Part shown: positions 56,894 to 64,000 of the stretch, piece after piece
Numbering within the stretch: the first letter of the stretch is position 1
Layout: every line of letters begins with the position of its first letter
Assembly: GCA_050951545.1 (NCBI GenBank)
Contig: JBMNJG010000007.1
Coordinates: 1-64,000 of the forward strand
Reading direction: 5' to 3'
From: Limnochordia bacterium
GTDB taxonomy: Bacteria; Bacillota; Limnochordia; DTU080
Length of the DNA stretch: 64,000 bases
Translations under genes and position numbers: made by a program
Notes under the pieces: generated by a model
Database searches by the model: none
Seen by the model: the letters and a program-made list of their open reading frames with translations, nothing else
What the model was told of the DNA's origin: nothing

Positions 56894-58624
56894 ATGGGCC
56901 CCATGCGCCGACGTAGATTAGGCGATATTCTCATCGAAAGAGGGGTCCTGACAGCGGAGCAACTGGGGAAAGCATTAGAGCGCCAGCTTGAAACCAGGGC
57001 ACCACTCGGCGCGGTACTTGTAGAGATGGGGTTGATCAAGGCAGATGTCTTGGCCGACGCCTTGGCAGAGCATCTCGGAGTGCCGCGAGCGGAATGGCGC
57101 CTGGGTAGTCCGGACCCGGAGCTGGCGCTTTTGATACCCATGGAGTTGCTGCGCGAGGGCCGCATCTTTCCCCTGAGTCGTGAAGGCGACTGCCTGCGTC
57201 TGGCGATGGCCGATCCGCTGGATATCTTCACGATCGATGCGGTACGTCAGGTGACTGGGCTTTTCGTAGAACCGGCCGTGGCTACGGAGGCGGAGATCAA
57301 GGCGGCTTTTGATCGGGTCTTCAACTTGTCCTCTGCAGCCCATGAGGTGATCGCTGAGATCGAGGAAGAGCCTGTTGAGGAGAAGTCGCTGGAATCGCTG
57401 ATGGAACAGCAGGTGGACTCCCCTGGGGTGAAGATGGTCAACCTGATCCTGGTCCAAGCGGTGCGCGACCGAGTCAGCGATATCCATATCGAGCCGCGGG
57501 AAGACCGAGTGATCGTCCGTTTTCGAGTGGACGGCGTGCTGCGGGAAGAGATGCGCTTGCCCAGGCAGATCCATTCGGATGTCACCCTGCGACTGAAGGT
57601 GATGGCCGGACTGGACATCACTGAGCGGCGGCGCCCTCAGGATGGACGAATCAAGATCACCATTGAGGGTCAGTCCATCGACTTGCGTATGTCGGTGCTG
57701 CCCACCATCTATGGCGAGAAGACTGTACTGCGTCTTCTAGACAAAAGTAGCGTAGTGTTGCGGGTGGCCGAGATGGGCTACCTTCCTGGTAGCCAAGATG
57801 CCGTGGAACAGATGCTGCGCCTTTCTACAGGCCTGATTCTCGTCACCGGCCCCACAGGCAGCGGCAAAACAACGACGCAGTATGCTCTCTTAAATGAACT
57901 GAACACTCCGGGGCGCAACATCATCACTGTTGAAGATCCAGTGGAGTACAGAATGGACGGGGTCAACCAGGTCCAGGTAAATGCCCGCATCGGTGTCGGC
58001 TTTGCATCTAGTCTGCGGGCCGTGTTGCGGCAGGACCCTGATGTGGTCGTGGTCGGTGAGGTGCGTGATCGCGAGACCGCCGAAATCGCTGTGCGCGCCG
58101 CTCTGACCGGACACTTGGTTCTGGCCACCGTGCACACCAACTCAGCTTGTGCTACACCCGCCCGCTTGATCGACATGGGTGTGGAGCCCTTCCTGGTCTC
58201 AGCTACAATGATCGGTGTGATCTCTCAGAGGCTGGTACGGCGTATCTGCCCCGAATGCAGGGAACAGGTGGGCGTTCTCGACCCGGCAGAGGAGACCTTC
58301 CTCGCTTCCTTTGGAGTGCATAAGCCGCAGCTGTGGCGGGGGCGTGGCTGCCCGGGATGTCGAGGCACAGGCTACCGCGGGCGCCTACCAGTAGAAGAGG
58401 TGCTGACGATCACGCGGGGCGTCCGCCGCTTGCTAGGAGCTCGTGTGTCTGAGGAGCAGGTGGAAGAGGCTGCACGGCATGACGGTTTTCGCACGATGAT
58501 TGAAAACGGTGTCGATAAAGTCTTGGCAGGTCTGACGACGCTTCAGGAGCTCTGGCGGGCGGTGTACTCATTGGAGGACGCTCTAGAGCAACAGCGGCAG
58601 ACAGAAAGCAGGATGAGCACTTGA
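56894..58624 (+). CDS. pilB: T4P assembly ATPase with N-terminal MshEN domain
   Basis: RLGDILIERGVLTAEQLGKALERQ, SDIHIEP, GPTGSGKTTT, LRQDPD, tetracysteine motif. Confidence 0.93.
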   Translation: MGPMRRRRLGDILIERGVLTAEQLGKALERQLETRAPLGAVLVEMGLIKADVLADALAEHLGVPRAEWRLGSPDPELALLIPMELLREGRIFPLSREGDCLRLAMADPLDIFTIDAVRQVTGLFVEPAVATEAEIKAAFDRVFNLSSAAHEVIAEIEEEPVEEKSLESLMEQQVDSPGVKMVNLILVQAVRDRVSDIHIEPREDRVIVRFRVDGVLREEMRLPRQIHSDVTLRLKVMAGLDITERRRPQDGRIKITIEGQSIDLRMSVLPTIYGEKTVLRLLDKSSVVLRVAEMGYLPGSQDAVEQMLRLSTGLILVTGPTGSGKTTTQYALLNELNTPGRNIITVEDPVEYRMDGVNQVQVNARIGVGFASSLRAVLRQDPDVVVVGEVRDRETAEIAVRAALTGHLVLATVHTNSACATPARLIDMGVEPFLVSATMIGVISQRLVRRICPECREQVGVLDPAEETFLASFGVHKPQLWRGRGCPGCRGTGYRGRLPVEEVLTITRGVRRLLGARVSEEQVEEAARHDGFRTMIENGVDKVLAGLTTLQELWRAVYSLEDALEQQRQTESRMST

Positions 58625-59658
58625 TGAGCCTGGATATCCACGACATACTGCAGCGGGCTGTAGAGCACAAAGCCTCCGATTTGCATCTCACCGTAGGCAT
58701 TCCACCGACGTTGCGTGTGCGCGGGCAGCTGCAAGCGCTGGCTGGCTTCTCGCGGCTTTTGCCTGCAGACACTGAGCTGCTGACGCATCAACTAGTCAAA
58801 CCTGAGATGTGGGAGCGCTTAGCAAACGGTGGGGAGCTAGACTTCTCTTATAGCCTCGGCCAAGTGGGTCGCTTTCGCTGTTGTGCTTACCGGCAAAGAG
58901 GCAGCCTGGGGCTGGCCATTCGTCTAGTTTCCCTTCAGGTGGCGGCCTTGGAGGCACTGGGACTCCCTAAGGTGATCTGCGAGCTGTGCGACAGGCCCGA
59001 TGGTCTGATTCTCGTCACTGGCCCGACGGGGAGTGGCAAGTCTACTACCTTGGCAGCGATGATTGACGTGATGAATCAGACGCGCAACGATGTGATCATC
59101 ACCCTTGAGGATCCGATCGAGTATGTGCACCGGCACAACAAGTCGATTATCAATCAGCGGGAGATCGGTACCGACAGCGAGTCCTACGCGGCGGCGTTAC
59201 GAGCGGCGTTGCGCAGTGACCCGGATGTGATTCTGGTAGGTGAGATGCGCGACTTGGAGACCATCTCCACTGCTCTCACGGCGGCAGAGACCGGACACTT
59301 GGTGCTCTCGACGCTGCATACGCGCGGTGGGCCTCAGACGGTGGAGCGGATCATCGATGTCTTTCCGCCGCACCAGCAGCAGCAGGTGCGAGTGCAGTTG
59401 GCCGGGTCGCTACAGGCGGTTATCTCGCAGCAGCTACTGCGCAGTGCGGATGGTCAACGCATGGTACCAGCTGTAGAGGTGATGGTCGGTACCATCGGTA
59501 TTCGCAATCTGATTCGTGAGAACAAGACGCACCAGATCATGGGTCTGATGGAAACAGGGGCTCGTTTTGGCATGCAGACCTTGGAGGCCTCGCTGGAGCA
59601 GTTGGTGCGCCAAGGGCTTATCGATCCTCAAGAGCTGGAGTCACGACGTCGACGTTGA
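58624..59658 (+). CDS. pilT: T4P retraction ATPase
   Basis: ASDLHL, GPTGSGKSTT, NQREIG, GIRNLIRE, GMQT. Confidence 0.94.
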   Translation: MSLDIHDILQRAVEHKASDLHLTVGIPPTLRVRGQLQALAGFSRLLPADTELLTHQLVKPEMWERLANGGELDFSYSLGQVGRFRCCAYRQRGSLGLAIRLVSLQVAALEALGLPKVICELCDRPDGLILVTGPTGSGKSTTLAAMIDVMNQTRNDVIITLEDPIEYVHRHNKSIINQREIGTDSESYAAALRAALRSDPDVILVGEMRDLETISTALTAAETGHLVLSTLHTRGGPQTVERIIDVFPPHQQQQVRVQLAGSLQAVISQQLLRSADGQRMVPAVEVMVGTIGIRNLIRENKTHQIMGLMETGARFGMQTLEASLEQLVRQGLIDPQELESRRRR

Positions 59659-59664
59659 CACGAG

Positions 59665-60915
59665 ATGGAGATGATCCGGAGGAAGACGATGCTGCAGCCA
59701 CAAACCTTTTCATATAAAGTACGTACACGGCGGGGGCAGGTTCTGGAAGGAGTCCTTGTGGATCGCAGTAGAGCCGCTGTCGAAAAGCGCCTTCTGGCAC
59801 AAGGCTACAGTGTACTTTCCATCGATAGTCCGGAGCGTCGATCCTTTCTGGAAAGACTGCGACAACCGCGCGGCCATGTGCCTGCGTCTACGATGGCCAT
59901 CTTTTGCCGTCAGTTTGCGATTATGCTCAGCAGCGGCCTGTCTGTAATCGACAGCCTGGCCTTGGTGAGTGAGTTGATGCGCGATCAACGGCTGAAGCGG
60001 GGCCTGGAAGCAGCGCGAGAGAGCGTCCTTGCGGGCAGCAGTTTTGCTGCGGCTCTCGGCGCCCGCAGTGAGGTCTTTCCCCCGATGGTGATCCAGATGG
60101 TAGAGGCTGGTGAGGCGACGGGCGCCCTAAACGAAGTGATGGAACGTTTGGCCATCTATTACGAAAGAGACGCCGAGATACGGGCCAAGGTGAAAGAGGC
60201 CATGACCTACCCGACGGTCGTCGTCTTCGTGGCCATCTTCGCCATCATCGTTATTGTCTTCTTCGTGCTGCCGACGTTCGTCGATGTCTTCCGGAGTATG
60301 GAGATGGAGCTGCCCTTGATCACCCGTGTGCTGATCGGTGTAAGTGAGTTCTTTATCCGTTGGTGGTGGCTGATTGCTGTAGGCTTGCTGGCGGGTTTGA
60401 GCCTACTGCGACGCTGGTTGGGCTCACTTGAGGGCAGTGCGACCAAAGATCGCCTGCTCTTGCGGGCCCCTCTACTGGGGCCGACGGTAAGTAAGCTCGT
60501 CTTTAGCCGACTAAGCAGGGCGTTGAGTCTGTTGGTGCGCAGCGGGGTGCCCATGGTCGAGGCCTTGCGCATGACCCAGCGCTTAGTGATGAGCGTGCCT
60601 GCGTCGCAGGCAGTTGCTCGGGCGACTCGATTGGTTGAACAGGGATACTCGCTTACTGCTGCATTGTCAAAGGAACCGATTTTCCCTCGCATGTTTCTCC
60701 AGATGGTGCAGGTGGGTGAGGAGACGGGATCCATTGACGTCACACTGGACCATCTCGCCGACTTTTACGACCGTGAGGCAGGCTATGCCATCAAGAACTT
60801 GACGACGTTGATTGAGCCAATAGTCATTATTGGGTTGACTATGATGGTGCTTTTCTTGGCTCTGGCCGTGGTCATACCGATGTTCCAGATGACCACCACG
60901 GTACCCAACACTTAG
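59665..60915 (+). CDS. pilC: T4P platform protein (GspF family)
   Basis: FCRQFAIMLSSG, GEATG, AMTYP, GEETG, LIEP. Confidence 0.93.
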   Translation: MEMIRRKTMLQPQTFSYKVRTRRGQVLEGVLVDRSRAAVEKRLLAQGYSVLSIDSPERRSFLERLRQPRGHVPASTMAIFCRQFAIMLSSGLSVIDSLALVSELMRDQRLKRGLEAARESVLAGSSFAAALGARSEVFPPMVIQMVEAGEATGALNEVMERLAIYYERDAEIRAKVKEAMTYPTVVVFVAIFAIIVIVFFVLPTFVDVFRSMEMELPLITRVLIGVSEFFIRWWWLIAVGLLAGLSLLRRWLGSLEGSATKDRLLLRAPLLGPTVSKLVFSRLSRALSLLVRSGVPMVEALRMTQRLVMSVPASQAVARATRLVEQGYSLTAALSKEPIFPRMFLQMVQVGEETGSIDVTLDHLADFYDREAGYAIKNLTTLIEPIVIIGLTMMVLFLALAVVIPMFQMTTTVPNT

Positions 60916-60943
60916 GACTGATCGCGGCAAAGGGGGCGTTATT

Positions 60944-61987
60944 TTGGCCCGAGCAGCTATCGGTATTGACTTCGGTCATTCGCATGTCAAATTGGTTGAG
61001 CTGAGGCGAAGCGGTCGCCAAGTCCAGCTGAAGAGGGCGTCACTGTTGCCTCTGCCCCCGGCGACATTGCGGGCGGGCGAGGTGGCTGATGAAAAGGTGT
61101 TGGCCGATTCGCTGTCGGACTTGATTCCTGGGTTACGCATGGAGCGAGCTGCGGTGGTTGCGGGTTGTAGTGGTCCTGCCGTTGCTGTGCGGGCTATGAC
61201 CCTGCAAACGGCTCCCAACGAGGATCTCGATCTGGCTGTGTACCAGGAGCTGGCCGCCTTGTTACGTCTTGAGCCAGCGCGCATGGAAGAGTACTATTTC
61301 GATTACCACGTCTTGCCCTCCAACGGCCCGAGTGAGCAAGAGGTCGTGGCGGTGGGTGTGGAAAGGAAAGTGGTTGAGGGCTATCTGAGGCCGCTGCGCA
61401 CGGCTCATCTAGATGCCCATGTGCTCGATGTCGCTGCGTTTGCTTTGCCTCGCGTAGAGGCGTTACCCGGACAAGTCTGCTACATAGATATCGGGGCTGA
61501 GTACACTGAGGTGATGGTCACCTCTGATCAGGAGTACGTGGTTTTCCGACGGATCCCCGGTGGTATGAACCACCTGATCTCTGCTGCAGCGGTTGGGTAC
61601 AGCATCTCTCAGTCAGAGGCCCGGAAGCTGTGTGAACAGACACACATCGATGAGCTGGTAACAGAGGCTCCTGGTGATCGCACGCATCTGCAGCGTGTGC
61701 TTCAGGAGATTGCGGGAGGTGTCGTGCAGACGTTGGAGTTTCTGCGCGTAAGACAGCGGGCTTCTTCGATCACCGAGCTCCTGGCCGCAGCGTTGGTTTG
61801 TGGCGGCGGCGCGCTGCAACCGGGCATGGTGCAGATGCTTCGTGAAGAGCTGGGCCTACACGTCGAGGTGATGCGCCCGCTCTCTTCCTTGTCTGGCGCG
61901 GAGGGATTATCCCCAAACACAGTGGCTACGGAGCCGCTTTTCGCGAGCGCAGTCGGTTTGGCTATGCGTGGAGTTGAAGACCTATGA
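60944..61987 (+). CDS. pilM: T4P alignment protein (actin-like)
   Basis: IGIDFG..VKLVEL, IDIGA, CGGGA, AVGLAMR. Confidence 0.88.
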   Translation: MARAAIGIDFGHSHVKLVELRRSGRQVQLKRASLLPLPPATLRAGEVADEKVLADSLSDLIPGLRMERAAVVAGCSGPAVAVRAMTLQTAPNEDLDLAVYQELAALLRLEPARMEEYYFDYHVLPSNGPSEQEVVAVGVERKVVEGYLRPLRTAHLDAHVLDVAAFALPRVEALPGQVCYIDIGAEYTEVMVTSDQEYVVFRRIPGGMNHLISAAAVGYSISQSEARKLCEQTHIDELVTEAPGDRTHLQRVLQEIAGGVVQTLEFLRVRQRASSITELLAAALVCGGGALQPGMVQMLREELGLHVEVMRPLSSLSGAEGLSPNTVATEPLFASAVGLAMRGVEDL

Positions 61988-62544
61988 TCCGGATTAACCT
62001 CATACCCCCAAGCGAACGGGCATCACTGAAGGTGATTCGACCGACCATCATTTTCGTGGTTTTGGCTGCTTTAGTGGTCGCCGCCTTGACTTCTGCCACT
62101 GTCTACATGCGCTGGCAGGTCGCCAACGAGAAGAGTCGTTTGGCGAGTTACAAAGACACCGTGGCTGCAGTAGGGCGCTATCGCCAAGAGCAGGCCTCAC
62201 TAGAGCAGAAGACGCGGGAGCTCGTCACTCTAGCACATCCGCTGCAAGAGGAGCTGGCGGGGCGGCAGCTGGCTCTAGATTTGGAGCTGTTGTTGTCCAG
62301 GGCGGCGAACAAGGCTGCTGGTAGTAACGTCTGGTTGCGAGAGCTGATCCTGCAAAGAGATGGTGCCCTTTCTCTAACGGGCTATGCGGTCGAGTTTGGC
62401 GATGTCTCACGGTTTTTGACGGCTGTAGGCCAGGATCCGTTCACAGTTCAGTCAAGCAGTACGGAGTGGGTAGAGCGAGACGGCGCTCGCTTGCTGGAGT
62501 TCTCCGCTCGGATAGCAGCGGTGAAGGGGGGCGCTGAGACGTGA
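61984..62544 (+). CDS. pilN: T4P alignment protein
   Basis: INLIP motif, TM helix, coiled coil, VWL..L..LTGYA. Confidence 0.85.
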   Translation: MIRINLIPPSERASLKVIRPTIIFVVLAALVVAALTSATVYMRWQVANEKSRLASYKDTVAAVGRYRQEQASLEQKTRELVTLAHPLQEELAGRQLALDLELLLSRAANKAAGSNVWLRELILQRDGALSLTGYAVEFGDVSRFLTAVGQDPFTVQSSSTEWVERDGARLLEFSARIAAVKGGAET

Positions 62545-63515
62545 GCATCCAGCTGACCCGTCTGGAGGGTGAGGGACGGCACGTGGTCCTGTTCGTGTTG
62601 GGGAGTCTCGCGCTGTTGGTGGCCTTTTGGCTACTCGTGTATATGCCGTCTAAGGCAGAGTTGACGCAACTACGTGCAGAGATCGCGGGGATCAAAGACA
62701 GCCTTGGTGCCGCAGAGGCGGTACAGCACCAGCATGGGGCTACTATGTCTTCCTATCGAGAGGCTCGCCACCAGGCCGGGAATCTGCTGAGCAAATTCCC
62801 CCGTGAAGACGACCTGCCCGAAATCATGGAAGCGTTTGACAAGGTAGCGCGCAGTCAAGGCGCCAGAATAGAGACTACCGACTACTCAGCAGTGAAGTGG
62901 GACCCTGTCTTGGGGCGCGTGCAGGTGACGGCTATGCTCAGAGGCGGCTACCCGGCGATAGGGGCCACGGCGATCAACATCGCGCGTGTGCTGCCCTCCG
63001 CTCGCTTGGAGCAGATGCGTGTCAACGCCCGGCAAGCGGCTGAAGCAAAGGGTCAGAACGCCGCTACGGATCTCCGGGTGGACTACCTTGAAGCGGAGAT
63101 GGTTTTTTCCATCTTGCTCGTGGCCAGTAGAGGCACCGAGCGGACAGACGGCGCTGATGACAATCAGCCGCCTCGAGGCGATCCGCGATTGGTTCAGCTT
63201 CTGGAGAACCAAGGAAGTTGGTACCCCAGACCAGCAGGCGGCACGTCCTTGGGGACGTACGATCTCTTTCGGCCTTCTGCAAAGGCAAGGGAAATGATAG
63301 CGCTGCTGCAGACGTTGGAGAGGTATCAGAAGGCACGGGTAAGCGGGATCGCGCAGAGCGGTGCTCGTCAGATCGCTACAGTCAACTTTGAGGGTCGCAC
63401 GTACCGATTACAGCCTGGAGATCAGTTGGTGCAGGCTCGGGTGAGCAGTGTCAGTAGAGATGGAGTTACGCTGAGTATTGCAGGGCGGACCTTGATGCTT
63501 AGATTGGGGGAGTAA
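62541..63515 (+). CDS. pilO: PilO with a C-terminal PilP/GspC-HR-like extension
   Basis: TM, coiled coil, FPREDDLP, GGY; C-terminal beta-rich VSGI..ATVNFEGRTYRLQPGDQL..VSSVSRDGVTL. Confidence 0.75.
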   Translation: MSIQLTRLEGEGRHVVLFVLGSLALLVAFWLLVYMPSKAELTQLRAEIAGIKDSLGAAEAVQHQHGATMSSYREARHQAGNLLSKFPREDDLPEIMEAFDKVARSQGARIETTDYSAVKWDPVLGRVQVTAMLRGGYPAIGATAINIARVLPSARLEQMRVNARQAAEAKGQNAATDLRVDYLEAEMVFSILLVASRGTERTDGADDNQPPRGDPRLVQLLENQGSWYPRPAGGTSLGTYDLFRPSAKAREMIALLQTLERYQKARVSGIAQSGARQIATVNFEGRTYRLQPGDQLVQARVSSVSRDGVTLSIAGRTLMLRLGE

Positions 63516-63517
63516 GA

Positions 63518-64000
63518 GTGAATAGACATGTGCTACATGTGATGTTGTGTGTCATGCTCTTGGTCATGGTACAAGCTGTCGTGGTAGCAGATGCCTCGCA
63601 GCCACCGTTGGTTGATCTCGAGTTTCGGGATGCGGAGATCCTAGATATCTACCAGGTGTTGGGTGATCTGGCAGGCTGGAACGTCGTTGCCGATCAGAGT
63701 GTCAAGGGCAAGTTTGGCTTATCGTTGCGTGCCACTCCCCTCACCCAAGCCCTAGACCTAGTAGCGCAATCGACGGGTTTTGGTTACCACCTCATGGGTA
63801 ATACGCTGGTCGTGGTACCAGCAAGTCGCCTGAAGGCGATGGCTCCCCGCGATTTCGCCCTGCTTTCTGTGAGACACATGGCACTGGAGACCGCCAAGGC
63901 GCTGTTGGAGGCTGGAGTGCCGGGCGTCACTGTCAGTTTGGACCAGAGACAGCGGGCAGTGCTCGTGCAGGGGACGGCTGCGGAGGTGCAAGATGCCCAA
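63518..64000 (+). CDS. pilQ: Secretin (PilQ/GspD family), 5' partial
   Basis: Manual translation: signal peptide, then VDLEFRDAEILDIYQVLGDLAGWNVVADQSVKGK..LDLVAQSTGFGY..GNTLVV (secretin N0/STN); runs off the window. Confidence 0.8.
   Translation, partial: MNRHVLHVMLCVMLLVMVQAVVVADASQPPLVDLEFRDAEILDIYQVLGDLAGWNVVADQSVKGKFGLSLRATPLTQALDLVAQSTGFGYHLMGNTLVVVPASRLKAMAPRDFALLSVRHMALETAKALLEAGVPGVTVSLDQRQRAVLVQGTAAEVQDAQ

Overview
This is a chromosomal window of a GC-rich (roughly 60% by eye) Bacillota-like bacterium. Its rpsF-ssb-rpsR-yybS-rplI-lonC cluster together with a secretin-containing type IV pilus operon suggests a diderm Firmicute such as Limnochordia (inference). Kb 1-24 is a carbohydrate-scavenging region: five family-1 sugar solute-binding protein (SBP) genes with no permease (one a double-lesion pseudogene), a 1.4-kaa secreted lyase-like protein, a metallophosphoesterase, a BNR/sialidase-like hydrolase, an HpcH aldolase, a GntR regulator, a URO-D-like protein, MurC and an anaerobic sulfatase maturase. 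Kb 24-45 holds an ABC-2 exporter, a second URO-D-like protein, an ABC-F with an attenuator-like leader, a trans-sulfuration enzyme, tldD/pmbA, the ribosomal cluster, aroE and nagA. Kb 45-56 has a membrane GGDEF protein and an MFS/MBL/heparinase-like/esterase/CE15 cluster. Kb 56-64 is pilin-pilB-pilT-pilC-pilM-pilN-pilO(P)-pilQ. The strongest unexplained signals are four: (1) a tandem-wHTH plus Vsr/DUF559-like nuclease gene bracketed by related direct repeats, the downstream ones forming a variable array with G-quadruplex potential; (2) an orphan c-di-GMP-I riboswitch whose only apparent output is a 19-codon ORF or sRNA carrying 15 nt complementary to the 16S rRNA 3' end; (3) a shared 16-bp operator-like motif linking the GGDEF gene, the riboswitch promoter and the pilin promoter; (4) a major pilin broken by four compensating frameshifts. 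All calls were made by eye, with no database searches.
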